Shown piece after piece: positions 18,435 through 28,820 of a stretch of 64,000 nucleotides of DNA. The notes below the pieces were generated by a model. That model ran no database searches. It had not been told where the DNA came from and saw only the letters and a list, made by a program, of their open reading frames with translations. This DNA is from an uncultured Nitrososphaerales archaeon. Lineage in GTDB: Archaea; Thermoproteota; Nitrososphaeria; Nitrososphaerales; Nitrososphaeraceae. The position numbers were made by a program, and so were the translations under genes. Positions within the stretch are counted from its first letter, which is position 1, and each line of letters begins with the position of its first letter. Where the stretch lies: NCBI GenBank assembly GCA_963841565.1, contig CAWJCY010000001.1:32001-96000 (forward strand), given 5' to 3'.

Positions 18435-20009
18435 ATGGTTAACGGTAAGCGAGTTGTACTGACTGCAGATAGGAGTCTCATGACCAATTACAGAGGCAAT
18501 TTTCTTTACGGCTTTATCGCCTGCGGCCCTTATGAACTAATTCCCGAGTTTGTATTCGATAAGCTCTTCTGTCCCAGTGTTGAAACTGATAAGGAAACAG
18601 GGGGAGTTAAGGTCGCTCAATGTGGATTGAGGCGAGTAGAGGCTGCTTTGCTCAAGGAGTACAAATCTGAGGACATCTTTATCGCTCACCCTGAAATGCT
18701 CGAAAAATGTGTTGGGCCTGAAACCAAAGTAATTGGAATAAATGTAATGGACCCTCTAGGAATGGCCCCAGTAACTACCACAATGTCCCCCGAAAAACTT
18801 TCTTATGTTGCCATGAAATTTAAGAAATTGTGTGCCGCCATAATCCAGCTCAAGAAAAAATATGGGTTCAAAGTTGTCGTTGGAGGTAATGGTGCGTGGG
18901 AGTTAGCCAAGCCAGATCGAATGAAAATTCATGGTATCGATACTGTAGTAATAGGCGAAGCTGATGAATTAGCACTTGATCTGTTTCATGATCTAGAATC
19001 TGGTGATGCACCTGAGTTACTTCACACTTTTGTTAGAAGAATTGAGAATATTCCGAGCATACGTGGACCAACAATCAACTCACTGATCGAGGCGATGAGA
19101 GGGTGTGGGAGAGGGTGCGATTTTTGCGATGTAAACAAGCGCTCAAAAAAAGACATTCCACTTGAAAGATTACAGGAAGAGGCTAAGATTAATTTGAAAT
19201 ATGGTTTTGACTCGATATGGCTTCAATCAGACGAGATGCTCCTTTATGGCTGTGATAACAGGGATTTTGTTCCCAATTCTGATGCAATAATCGACTTATG
19301 GTCTGGGCTCAAATCTGTTGGTGCAAACTTCATAGGCACTACGCACATGACTCTGTCAGCAGTAGCAAGCTCGCCCAATCTTATCACAAAATTATCCCAC
19401 ATCAACGGAATGGAGAGTAGCGGACGATGGCTGGCTACCAATCTAGGCGTCGAAACAGTTGCTCCGAGAATGGTAAAGAAACATCTTGGCGTTAAGACAA
19501 AGCCTTATCAGGCTGACGAATGGGGTGCAGTAGTGAGACAGGGGGTTAAGATCTTGAACCAAAACCATTGGTTTCCGGCTTTGACTCTTATCATAGGGTG
19601 GCCAGATGAAACCCCTGACGAAACTCAGTACACCATCGATCTGATTGATGACTTTCGAGAAACTAACATGCGTGGACTTGTCGCACCGTTACTATATCAA
19701 GATTTTTCAGAGAGGAATTCAATGCATTTTGGGAATCTCAATGAAGCCCAATTTGCTCTGTTTTGGAGATGCTGGCAGCACAACCTGTGGGTAATAAATG
19801 ACATTATTCCAATCATAATAAGAAACAAGACATACGGTCCTCTCATGAAAGTTTTCATGGCGACTCTGATAAAAGCCGGAACATGGGCGATAATGCGGTA
19901 TTTGAGAGGATTATCTAAGAATCTTTTTGACGGAAGACCACCAGAAGAAATCGTCTCCAAGTATTCGAGAAGAAAATCTGTTACTGCATCACTACCTCCA
20001 AAGCTCTAA
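18435..20009 (+). CDS. grs: B12-binding-like radical SAM protein, probable GDGT ring synthase (GrsA/GrsB family)
   Basis: N-terminal VVLTADRSLMTNY, GLRRVEAAL, MDPLG and VVVGG.GAW; CxxxCxxC motif (CGRGCDFC); architecture recalled for Grs-family enzymes. Confidence 0.75.
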   Translation: MVNGKRVVLTADRSLMTNYRGNFLYGFIACGPYELIPEFVFDKLFCPSVETDKETGGVKVAQCGLRRVEAALLKEYKSEDIFIAHPEMLEKCVGPETKVIGINVMDPLGMAPVTTTMSPEKLSYVAMKFKKLCAAIIQLKKKYGFKVVVGGNGAWELAKPDRMKIHGIDTVVIGEADELALDLFHDLESGDAPELLHTFVRRIENIPSIRGPTINSLIEAMRGCGRGCDFCDVNKRSKKDIPLERLQEEAKINLKYGFDSIWLQSDEMLLYGCDNRDFVPNSDAIIDLWSGLKSVGANFIGTTHMTLSAVASSPNLITKLSHINGMESSGRWLATNLGVETVAPRMVKKHLGVKTKPYQADEWGAVVRQGVKILNQNHWFPALTLIIGWPDETPDETQYTIDLIDDFRETNMRGLVAPLLYQDFSERNSMHFGNLNEAQFALFWRCWQHNLWVINDIIPIIIRNKTYGPLMKVFMATLIKAGTWAIMRYLRGLSKNLFDGRPPEEIVSKYSRRKSVTASLPPKL

Positions 20010-20118
20010 CAATCTGTATCTTGCCTAGGTAGACGAACGTGGCATCAGAAATAGTTCACCTCATACTTTAGTGAAGACCGTTTTCATATACTAGACTGGA
20101 GAAAGCCGACCAAATATT

Positions 20119-20457
20119 TCAGGGTTTTTTTGACTCGAGCGCAGTTATAGCTTCATCTGCTATTGTAGCCCTGGTAGGAGTCAATATAATGAAATAATTC
20201 TTATCAGCCCGTTCAACAGAACTTACTTGCTTGTATTTCTTTGTTGAAACATCAAATTCTAACATTCCAGGTTCTAAATTTCCTTTGGTATAAACCATCA
20301 TTAAAACTTCGCCTGAAATAGGGCTCAAAGGGACTATGGAGAATACATACCCTTTGTACGAACTTACTGGCAAGATCTGTTTCATGTACGGGGCTACTGA
20401 TACCAAATACATGAATACTTCTTCCACGGAAGTAAATTCCTCGAATTCAAATTTCAT
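20119..20457 (-). CDS. Conserved hypothetical protein
   Basis: Clean 112-aa ATG ORF with an upstream TTTATAT box on the minus strand. Confidence 0.7.
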   Translation of the reverse strand: MKFEFEEFTSVEEVFMYLVSVAPYMKQILPVSSYKGYVFSIVPLSPISGEVLMMVYTKGNLEPGMLEFDVSTKKYKQVSSVERADKNYFIILTPTRATIADEAITALESKKP

Positions 20458-20508
20458 GTCGTTGTTCTAAACATATCCGGATATAAAGGCTTTAGTGAAT
20501 GTATCAGT

Positions 20509-21348
20509 CTATCCATATGATTCGAATTTGACGTCATAACTACCGTCCTTTCTCTTTTGACGTTCGGTAACAAAACCCTTAGGCACCAGGTAATCGAGTG
20601 CACCATCAACTGTTCCCTGCCAACCACACACATAGAAACACGTATTGTCTGGAGTTATTTTCTCACCCACTAATTCCTCTAATGGAGATTTGTCCGTTCC
20701 CGCTTTTGGTCTTAAGAATGATTCCACCCTCCCTTTCTGCCCCCCCCATGTCCTATTGAACCATTCCTGAGGCCTGCTGATACTTGCTCTATATCGGAAT
20801 TTCCACTCCCTGCCGTCATCTAAACTTTCATCTTCGAGTTGGGTTAAGAGCTCTCTGTAGCTCAGTTCGTCTACATAACTAGCGCCATGAAGGACCACAA
20901 TCTCTCTCTTACTATGAGTAGACTTTAGATGGAGTGAGTAGGCTATAAATGGGGCCAACCCCGTCCCTCCACCAATTAGTACCATCCTCCTCTCATCAGG
21001 TGTCCCATCCGGCTTCGATTGATTGATTGTGAATATACCAGTGGGCTTCACCCAACTAATTTCATCTCCTTCCTTTATATTGAATAATTCAGTCGTAAGC
21101 CTTCCCGGTACTGGTTTTCTTACCCAGCGTATGAGCAGTTCAAAATGTTTTTTCTGCTCCGGTGGTGACGCTATCGAATACGCCCTACGGATCACTTTTC
21201 CTTCTCGAGGTATGTGTGTCCCAACAGTTACGAACTGACCTGCCTTGAAGTCAGGTACTTGACCATCATTTGGAGTTATTCGTAAAATCAATAAATCTTC
21301 CTTTAAGACCCTAAGGTACGAAATTCTTCCTTTGTTATCAACTACCAT
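20509..21348 (-). CDS. Ferredoxin--NADP+ reductase (FNR family)
   Basis: FKAGQF, RRAYSIAS, GRLT, GGTGLAPF, YVCG and terminal FESY; start set at MVVDN. Confidence 0.9.
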   Translation of the reverse strand: MVVDNKGRISYLRVLKEDLLILRITPNDGQVPDFKAGQFVTVGTHIPREGKVIRRAYSIASPPEQKKHFELLIRWVRKPVPGRLTTELFNIKEGDEISWVKPTGIFTINQSKPDGTPDERRMVLIGGGTGLAPFIAYSLHLKSTHSKREIVVLHGASYVDELSYRELLTQLEDESLDDGREWKFRYRASISRPQEWFNRTWGGQKGRVESFLRPKAGTDKSPLEELVGEKITPDNTCFYVCGWQGTVDGALDYLVPKGFVTERQKRKDGSYDVKFESYG

Positions 21349-21548
21349 GTATTCCTGGAGTTTGGGTATTGTAAATAAACATTGTCCTAAGATATCCAGA
21401 AGAGAAGCCGCCATAATGATAGTTCACAAAACCTGGTACCCAATTTGTAATTGCAGTTGACGTTCGTTCTACATTAATATTGCTTAATTGGGTAATCTAT
21501 TACTGTCATTGTTTTTAAGTTGTGTTAAGCTTCTAATCCCTGAGGTAG

Positions 21549-21845
21549 GTGCCATTGATTAAGTTTGGCAGGGATGGAGTCCCCGATGCTTCTGCTGAAG
21601 TGGAAGAGCTTGCAAATCTTATCAATGACCAAAGCTCTGAACAGAAGAAACTCATCTTCCAATTTAAATCTGCAATGAATATATTTGCTTCGGAAAGATC
21701 ATTGGATTCTTGCCTTGAAGCCTTGAATGTTTGTATGCAACTTACAAACACTCGCCGACGCCTCCTAGAATCTTACCAGCAATATTCAAGACTCTTGGAA
21801 AACGAGATAACAAGAATTAACAAGGACTCTGGGCAAGATAAATAG
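21549..21845 (+). CDS. Hypothetical helical protein
   Basis: 98-aa ORF filling the gap, with amphipathic helices. Confidence 0.55.
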   Translation: MPLIKFGRDGVPDASAEVEELANLINDQSSEQKKLIFQFKSAMNIFASERSLDSCLEALNVCMQLTNTRRRLLESYQQYSRLLENEITRINKDSGQDK

Positions 21846-21893
21846 TTAGAGCACATTGGATAATCATTAGAATTCTTTATTGAGATATTCTTC

Positions 21894-23363
21894 CTAATTT
21901 ACCGCAGACTTTCCCTCGAGAAACTTTTTCAGATCCCCTATGCCAATTCTTTCCTGCTCCATTGAATCTCTATATCTGACAGTTACGGTATCATCTACTA
22001 GCGTCTGCTGGTCTATGGTAAGTGCAAATGGAGCTCCAATTTCTTCTAGCCGTCTATAACGTCTACCAATCGAACCTGACTCATCGTAGACCGAATCGAA
22101 ATCTCTCTTTAGAAGAGAGTGAATTGTCCTAGACTTCTCGACCATGCTAGTTTTCGACATTAGGGGAAGAACTCCAACCGTAATAGGAGCAAGATAAGGA
22201 TTGAGTCTTAGGACGACTCGATCATCATGTCTAAAATCTTCGTAATATGAGTGTTCTAGGATACTGTATAGACTTCTATCAATTCCCATCGACAACTCAA
22301 AAATGTGAGGTAAAACTTTGACCTGGTTAGTCGGCTCCACAACTTCAAAGTTACGGTTACTAGTCACAGAATGACCTTTTAGGTCATAATCTGCCCGGTA
22401 ATTACAAGCTACTAGCTCCAACCAACCTATGCTAGTTTCTACCTCAAAATCGAATGCAAGATGAGAATAGAAAGCCTTCTCATCATCGGCTAATCTTCTA
22501 AATCTAGTTCTCTTCATGTCAATTCCAGTTTTGCTATAGAACTCTGTTAATAGTGCTAAGTAGTAGGCAATCAGCTCATTAGGTAACAAGCCCTGTTTCA
22601 AACAGTCGTTGGCAGTTATATCTCGATGAAATTCCTCATCAAATAAATTAAGTGTAGTATCTCGGACCTCGTCAAACTTGGGCACCTCATTTAACCGGTC
22701 AGGGTTACAAAAAACTTCAATCTCAGCCTGATAAAATTCCCTGAGTCTCAACAGGCTCTGTCTGGGTGCAATTTCATTTCTAAAGCTCTTGCCAATCTGA
22801 GCAATCCCTAGTGGAAGCCTACCTCTCATTGTCTTGAATACTCGTGCGAAATCAACAAAAATAGTTTGGCAGGTTTCAGGTCTTAAATACGCTTCATCAT
22901 GCGAAGAACCGATACCGACCTTGAACATCATATTGAATCTAGTTACTGGTTTAAATTCTCCTTTGCAATTTTGGCATTGTATATGATTTTCGCTTATCAT
23001 TGAGTTCAGTATTATCTCCGAAGTACCTTCTGGGATAAGTTTCCCCAATTTTTCAGAGAGGTATCGGTCTGCCCGAAATATTGAACCACATTTCCTGCAT
23101 TCCACTAGTGGATCATTGAAGTTACGTAAATGTCCAGAGGCTTCGAAAACGCTCCTGCTCATTATTTGCGACCCATCGATTTCTATCATGCCGTCTCGCC
23201 GTATTAACTCCCTTCGCCATAGCGCTAGGAATTTATTCTTCATATTGACTCCTACAGGACCATATTCCCAGAATCCTGCAGGTGCGTCTGGGTAGATCTC
23301 GCAGCTAGGAAAGTAAAATCCGCGTTCAAGTGCAAGCTTCATAATTTGGTCGTAACTGGTCAT
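21894..23363 (-). CDS. glyS: Glycyl-tRNA synthetase (alpha2, archaeal/eukaryal type)
   Basis: YLRPETCQ, QIGKSFRNEI.PRQ, RLREFYQAEIE, ELSMGIDR and GSIGRRY. Confidence 0.95.
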   Translation of the reverse strand: MTSYDQIMKLALERGFYFPSCEIYPDAPAGFWEYGPVGVNMKNKFLALWRRELIRRDGMIEIDGSQIMSRSVFEASGHLRNFNDPLVECRKCGSIFRADRYLSEKLGKLIPEGTSEIILNSMISENHIQCQNCKGEFKPVTRFNMMFKVGIGSSHDEAYLRPETCQTIFVDFARVFKTMRGRLPLGIAQIGKSFRNEIAPRQSLLRLREFYQAEIEVFCNPDRLNEVPKFDEVRDTTLNLFDEEFHRDITANDCLKQGLLPNELIAYYLALLTEFYSKTGIDMKRTRFRRLADDEKAFYSHLAFDFEVETSIGWLELVACNYRADYDLKGHSVTSNRNFEVVEPTNQVKVLPHIFELSMGIDRSLYSILEHSYYEDFRHDDRVVLRLNPYLAPITVGVLPLMSKTSMVEKSRTIHSLLKRDFDSVYDESGSIGRRYRRLEEIGAPFALTIDQQTLVDDTVTVRYRDSMEQERIGIGDLKKFLEGKSAVN

Positions 23364-23670
23364 AGTATTGCTGGAGACAAGCACCTTTAGGTTTTAAATT
23401 TGTTGGTGGGTGACAGTGGATTATTGAAGATGAATTCAACAATTAGGATCCTGCCTCCATATCTAACTCCATCCAACCTATTTTTTGAGTAGAAGAGATG
23501 CCCAGGTGTATGCCATATGGACGATCTTAAATTTTAAGAAGCCTTGTGAAGGAGTATTGACCTAATCGATTGGTTGCGCGCTAGTTAACCAATTAGAATT
23601 CCCTCTACTAGTGTAGAAATAAGTCTAACCGGGAATGTTATAAGAATTGACTAATATTGGACCGCTGTTA

Positions 23671-23679
23671 TTTTATAAC
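23671..23679 (+). promoter_or_regulatory. TATA box of priL (probably a leaderless transcript)
   Basis: TTTTATAA about 25-30 nt before the ATG at 23704. Confidence 0.5.
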
Positions 23680-23703
23680 CGCAGCCAATAATAGAGTGCA
23701 ACT

Positions 23704-24753
23704 ATGAATATACGACTCGGAACTGCCGACTTGGCAAAATATCCTTTCCTGAACGAGGCAGCCGAGTATATGCATCAAACTTACTTCAATCTTGATGATC
23801 TTAATCTACCAGAGCTTGGACATATAGTAGAAAGAGCATCAAACAGGATAAGAAGTGAAATAGTACACGGCAAACCAGACTACGTACTAGAAAGACATGA
23901 GGTCGAGATATTGACATTTCTTGTAGGAATTCTAATCATTAAAGCAATAAATTCCGACAATCTGACCAAAAAGCATTGCCTGTGCGAAGCGCTTAGAGCC
24001 GAAAAATTTCTTGTGCGTGATTTGAAAGCGCAAGGAGATCTTTCAAATAAGAAACTTTTGATTTTCAAGGTTTTTAGAGAGCTGTTACAGATGGACGTAC
24101 TCCCAAGTCTGAAATACCAGGTAATGTTTGAGGTGAAAGTAACAGACTATCTAAAAAGATCTCATCTGTTTTACGAGCAAGAATGGAAGCTTATCAACAG
24201 ACTTGTGCACGACGGTCGGGTATTTCTCGATCCTGATGAGACAGTGCGACTAATTCGATCTGAGGTAGCAAATCTCTTACTAGAAAGAATAAGACAAATG
24301 AACCCATCTCACATACCTGCAACAATAAGAGAGCAGGCAAATTTTCTAAAATCGATAATTCCTGTGGCACCTCGCAACCTTGACAATGCCCCGTCCGTTT
24401 ACCCTCCTTGTATAAAACACGCTTTGGACCACATGGCAGCTGGAGAGAATCTGCCTCATTCTGCGAGGGTGATGCTCGCCACTTATATGCTTGCTATAGG
24501 AAAAAATATTGAAGAGATAGTATCACTTTTCAAAACTGCCCCAGATTTTGACGAAAGGGTATCTAGGTATCAGGTTGAACACTTAGCGGGAGAGAGAGGA
24601 AGTCGTGTTCGCTACTTGGTCCCTTCGTGTACCAAATTACGAAATGATGGACTCTGCTTCGCGACGAGCCAGTGCGAAGGATTGATAAATCCAGTGCAGT
24701 TCGGAAGAGCAGTGAAATTCCATTCAAGGAATGCAAATGTGGGACAAGTGTGA
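23704..24753 (+). CDS. priL: DNA primase large subunit
   Basis: AKYPFL, WKLINR, PPCI, NLPHSAR, PDFDE..SRYQVEH and Fe-S cysteines (SC..L...LC). Confidence 0.92.
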   Translation: MNIRLGTADLAKYPFLNEAAEYMHQTYFNLDDLNLPELGHIVERASNRIRSEIVHGKPDYVLERHEVEILTFLVGILIIKAINSDNLTKKHCLCEALRAEKFLVRDLKAQGDLSNKKLLIFKVFRELLQMDVLPSLKYQVMFEVKVTDYLKRSHLFYEQEWKLINRLVHDGRVFLDPDETVRLIRSEVANLLLERIRQMNPSHIPATIREQANFLKSIIPVAPRNLDNAPSVYPPCIKHALDHMAAGENLPHSARVMLATYMLAIGKNIEEIVSLFKTAPDFDERVSRYQVEHLAGERGSRVRYLVPSCTKLRNDGLCFATSQCEGLINPVQFGRAVKFHSRNANVGQV

Positions 24754-24769
24754 AAGTCCTTAAACAATC

Positions 24770-25933
24770 ATGATCCTGACCAAAACGGACGAAGATTTGC
24801 ATTTAGTGAGAATAGCTTTCAGAGAATTCTATTTTAATCACGGGAATAAGGTGGAGGAGCCATCAAGAATACAGAATCGAGAGTTTGGACTAATGGGATT
24901 CGATGGTGTGATGAAGAGGCATCTTACATTTTCCAGTTTGGGAGGATTGGTTGCGTCATTGATATTGGAAACTCCTTCAGATGTATTTGCGTCGAACGCA
25001 CAGTACGACTTCCCAGTACTCCCGATAAGTGAAAAAGGGTGGCGAGGAGCGGATTTAATTTTTGATATCGATCTGAAGGACCTCAACTTGAAATGCAGGC
25101 AGTCTCATTCTTTTTTGACATGCTATTCCTGTAGTAGCAATTACAGCTCCGGTTCTCAGGAATGTTGTCCAAAGTGCGGTTCAAACAACTTTGCAGAATC
25201 AATGCTGCCCTGTGATAGATGTGTTAATGGGCTAAAAAATGAAGTTTTGAAATTGCATCGGTTCCTTACCTCTGACATAGGAATAAGCCCAGAAAAGATC
25301 ACTACATATTTCTCAGGCAACAACGGTTTTCACGTTCACGTTCTAGATGAATCATTCAATGATTTAGATAGGCGAGCACGAGCGGATTTGGCTGCATACA
25401 TAATGGGAGTGGGAATTTTGGCCGATGTTATTGGGGTCACTAAAGATACCCGAAATGATTTTCGCGTTAGATTCCCAAAAGGTGGATTGGATCATGGTTG
25501 GCGAAAAAGAATCTCCGAAAGATTAGGGATATCTATGACGTCGCAGAAAAGGCTAACTAACTTGATCAAGGAACTTGGGGGCTTGGAACAATTTAGGAGG
25601 AGAGTTGCCGAAATTACAAAGGAGATGGGCGTGCGGATTGATTCGCAGGTCACCACTGACGTTCACAGAGTGTTTAGGTTGCCAGGAACATTGAATGGCA
25701 AGAGTGGGCTTACAAAGATTCTATGCGCTGATCTGAATTCATTTGATCCTTTCGACGAATCATGCCAGCTTTCAAATCGCGAAGTCACTGTCAAGATCAC
25801 GCTCCCGAAGCTGAAACTGCGGCTTAAAGGTGAGAGATTCAATCTTACTGAGGAGATTGTTCGTGTACCTATGTATATGGGAGTTTACCTAATATCTAAG
25901 GGTCTCGCACATACAGTGCATTTCGATTCTTGA
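24770..25933 (+). CDS. priS: DNA primase small (catalytic) subunit
   Basis: REFG, DLIFDID, SGNNGFH, VTTDVHRVFRLPGTLNGK; Zn-ribbon insert. Confidence 0.93.
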   Translation: MILTKTDEDLHLVRIAFREFYFNHGNKVEEPSRIQNREFGLMGFDGVMKRHLTFSSLGGLVASLILETPSDVFASNAQYDFPVLPISEKGWRGADLIFDIDLKDLNLKCRQSHSFLTCYSCSSNYSSGSQECCPKCGSNNFAESMLPCDRCVNGLKNEVLKLHRFLTSDIGISPEKITTYFSGNNGFHVHVLDESFNDLDRRARADLAAYIMGVGILADVIGVTKDTRNDFRVRFPKGGLDHGWRKRISERLGISMTSQKRLTNLIKELGGLEQFRRRVAEITKEMGVRIDSQVTTDVHRVFRLPGTLNGKSGLTKILCADLNSFDPFDESCQLSNREVTVKITLPKLKLRLKGERFNLTEEIVRVPMYMGVYLISKGLAHTVHFDS

Positions 25934-26070
25934 ACAGGTCGATTTTTGTCCTTGTTTCAACTCCTTGAATTGGTTGAAGTGGAAAAAATTTGAGATCCCT
26001 TTAGGATCAAGAAAAATATACGAGATGCATCAACCTTTTTAGATTCAAAAATATAGAGGGTAATAGGCTA

Positions 26071-26490
26071 GTGATTGATGGTGTGTTGAGCGACGATCAT
26101 GAATTGATCCCTATGGTAAAATGGCTTGTTGCGTTTAGAAATAGAAATTCGCGTAGATTCACGGGGATTATCTCAATAAGGGAATTTCAATGCGGTGGCT
26201 ATTACGACGCATTCGAGAGAGTTCAAGCCTATGCAGAGAAAACTAACTCTGAGGTCTTATGGTTCAAGGAGAAAAAGGCATGCGATGAACCAATCACCTA
26301 TTCTATTCAACTACCACTTGGATGGTTTTGCACTTACTGCAATGTGGAGCACAATACTGAAGACTCGATACCATGCCAAGAGATACACTGTAATTCCATC
26401 TTGTGTTCCAGGAAATGTTACGAAAATCATGTGGAATTGAAACACATGAATTCAGATACTCTTAGGAGATTTACTTTCAAGTACAGCTAA
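26071..26490 (+). CDS. Hypothetical protein with a C-terminal Cys/His zinc-finger cluster
   Basis: CTYC, C-x4-C-x4-CSRKC...H....H; the start may be the internal ATG (MVKW). Confidence 0.6.
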   Translation: MIDGVLSDDHELIPMVKWLVAFRNRNSRRFTGIISIREFQCGGYYDAFERVQAYAEKTNSEVLWFKEKKACDEPITYSIQLPLGWFCTYCNVEHNTEDSIPCQEIHCNSILCSRKCYENHVELKHMNSDTLRRFTFKYS

Positions 26491-27081
26491 AGGTTTGAAC
26501 AGCCTGAGTGTCATTAGTCTAATACGCTCTGGATCCTGCCTGAATCGATCCAGGCAGGTTGAGGTATAGTTACCAGGGGCTTCGTTTAGAATCTCCTCTA
26601 CTCCAAAACCCATCTTGACAAAAGCCTCCAGGAGCCATTTGGCCCAAGTATAATATGCAGCGTCTGAAACTGGTTGAAGCAATTCATCAATTATTTCGGT
26701 GACTATTTCAAGTGTACCCAACTTCTTTAGTTTGAGGAAGATGTTTGCATATAACGAGATCCAATCAGCATGGTAATGACGATCAACATATTCAGGATCC
26801 GGAAGTACCATAATCACTCTATCTATTGTTTCATTTTCAAAATCCCTGATTCTATTCTCGAAACTATCGTTTATGAGCACTACGTTATCAGCGTTGATGC
26901 GCCCCGTGGCTTCACTGTAAAGAGTACTATTATTTTCTATGCCTACGAAGAGTGTATTGGTGCTTTGTTCATCTTTTGACAGTTCATACAAATGCCTTCC
27001 ATCACCCATTCCCAGCTCTACAACCAATTTCAAGGCGTTACTAATCGTGTAGTCCTTATAGCAAATTAGGAAATATATCAT
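26452..27081 (-). CDS. Class I SAM methyltransferase, TrmB (tRNA m7G46)-like
   Basis: VELGMGDG, FVGIE, VLPDP and LK..G.L.IVTE; likely start is TTG at 27033. Confidence 0.72.
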   Translation of the reverse strand: MIYFLICYKDYTISNALKLVVELGMGDGRHLYELSKDEQSTNTLFVGIENNSTLYSEATGRINADNVVLINDSFENRIRDFENETIDRVIMVLPDPEYVDRHYHADWISLYANIFLKLKKLGTLEIVTEIIDELLQPVSDAAYYTWAKWLLEAFVKMGFGVEEILNEAPGNYTSTCLDRFRQDPERIRLMTLRLFKPLAVLESKSPKSI

Positions 27082-27683
27082 TAAGGGGGTTGAAGAAGTC
27101 CAGAATCGAAGAGCTGTTCCACCAGTTGCAGCACCTCTTTCTCAACTTGCTCTCTGGTCATGCCAAGTTTCTTTGCGAAATCATCGGCCAACTCGGTTAC
27201 CGTCTTGGTACCCTCACAAGAATTCCAGAAATCTACAATGGCCTGATTGACCATGAACGCCTGATTACTATCGTTTAACAAGACCATAGAACCATCTTCT
27301 TGAGGAGTCAGTTTACCAGTCTTCGCAGGTTTATATTTTTCATAGTCTATTTGAAACCGCAATTTGGGTTTTCCAATTCCCAATCGTTGTCTGACTACAG
27401 GATTAATCTTTTCGCTTGTCCATGGAGGATCCCAAACAATTTTGACATCTATATTTCCAATCCCTGTAATTTTGCCTACCGAACGCTTGACGTCACTAAC
27501 AAGGGTATCATGAAGGGGACAGCCCCTAGTAGTCATAGTCATTTCTATTCCGACATCATTTGTCGGATGCACCCTTACATTATATATAAGACCAAGGTCC
27601 ACCACGTTAACCGGAATTTCAGGATCCATACACTTTCGCAACGCGTTGAACACCTGCTCATCGGTAACTTTCTGCGAGGACAT
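27081..27683 (-). CDS. DUF59/SufT (MIP18) Fe-S assembly domain fused to a PqqD-like (RRE) domain
   Basis: DPEIPVNVVDLGLIY, MTTRGCP and WDPPW; C-terminal N...DFWNSCEGTKTV.EL......V..L PqqD pattern. Confidence 0.82.
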   Translation of the reverse strand: MSSQKVTDEQVFNALRKCMDPEIPVNVVDLGLIYNVRVHPTNDVGIEMTMTTRGCPLHDTLVSDVKRSVGKITGIGNIDVKIVWDPPWTSEKINPVVRQRLGIGKPKLRFQIDYEKYKPAKTGKLTPQEDGSMVLLNDSNQAFMVNQAIVDFWNSCEGTKTVTELADDFAKKLGMTREQVEKEVLQLVEQLFDSGLLQPP

Positions 27684-27749
27684 CTAGGATTTCTTACCAA
27701 AGACTCGTTAAATACTTTGTTCCGCAGTATTTATCTTAGCACCCTCTCC

Positions 27750-28811
27750 TTAATGACGTCTGCTTCGTTTGATAATCGTATCGATACTTCTCTGAAAAGG
27801 TGGTTCGAGTAGACCTAATTCAGTTATTATGCCAGTGACAAGATTTGGAGGTGTGATGTCGAAAGCTGGATTAATGGTATTAATACCCTTAGGAGCAATA
27901 GGGATGTTCTTGATTTTTGTAATCTCATCAGGCGATCTGTCTTCGATCTTTATTTCAGATATGGAGCTTTTTAAATCAAATGTCGAAATGGGGGCAGCAA
28001 CATAGAAAGGTATCTTGTGAATATGGGCCAAAATGGCAATCTGGTAAGTACCGATTTTATTATAGACGTGTCCTGTACGTAAAATTCTGTCGGCCCCTAC
28101 AATAACCTTGTCAACCATCTTATTTGCCATCACATATCCAACTGCAGTATCAGAAATCAAACGTACATCAAAATCGTCATGCATTAATTCAAAGGCTGTT
28201 AACCTTGAGCCTTGCATTACTGGCCTAGTTTCAGTGGCAATCACCTTCAAATTTTTTCCATCTTCTCTTGCAGCCCTGAGCACACCCAACGCCGTTCCGT
28301 ACGTTGAAGTTGCAAGTGAACCCGCGTTACAATGCGTCATAACTACGTCTCCATCATAAAACAAATCTGAACCTGCTCTCCCCATTTTTTTGTTAGTAAG
28401 AATGTCGTCATCGAGCATTGCCAGCGCCTCCCGCTTAACCAATCGCCTTATTTCCTTGACATTCTTACCTCTTGAAGAGATGTGTAGAATTCTCTTAACT
28501 GCCCAGTTGATGTTAACAGCGGTTGGTCGAGTAGATATTAATAGACTACCTGCCCTTTCCAACTCTGATTTCAAGCCCTTTTCGGTTTTCGCCTTGCTAT
28601 TTATTGTCACCAACAACAAAGCCAAAGCAGCGCATATGCCTATCGCAGGAGCTCCTCTTACTACCAAAGACTTTATAGCTTTTGCGATCTCGTGATGATC
28701 TGTGCACCTTATGTAAACTAATTTGTTAGGAAGTTCAGTTTGATCAATGATCTGAACTGCGTTTCGTCGCCACTGAACCGTTAATAATTCCTTTCTATAA
28801 AGAGATTTCAT
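27750..28811 (-). CDS. mtnA: S-methyl-5-thioribose-1-phosphate isomerase
   Basis: IDQTELP, VRGAPAIG, TRPTAVN, THCNAGSLAT, ETRP..QGSRLTA.EL and NPAFDITP. Confidence 0.92.
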   Translation of the reverse strand: MKSLYRKELLTVQWRRNAVQIIDQTELPNKLVYIRCTDHHEIAKAIKSLVVRGAPAIGICAALALLLVTINSKAKTEKGLKSELERAGSLLISTRPTAVNINWAVKRILHISSRGKNVKEIRRLVKREALAMLDDDILTNKKMGRAGSDLFYDGDVVMTHCNAGSLATSTYGTALGVLRAAREDGKNLKVIATETRPVMQGSRLTAFELMHDDFDVRLISDTAVGYVMANKMVDKVIVGADRILRTGHVYNKIGTYQIAILAHIHKIPFYVAAPISTFDLKSSISEIKIEDRSPDEITKIKNIPIAPKGINTINPAFDITPPNLVTGIITELGLLEPPFQRSIDTIIKRSRRH

Positions 28812-28820
28812 CGAATGTTC

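Noticed and set aside
23601-23620. TCTAC-TAGT-GTAGA hairpin resembling a Cas12a repeat stem
   Set aside because: Single copy, lacks the AATT 5' context, and there are no spacers or cas genes; best explained by chance
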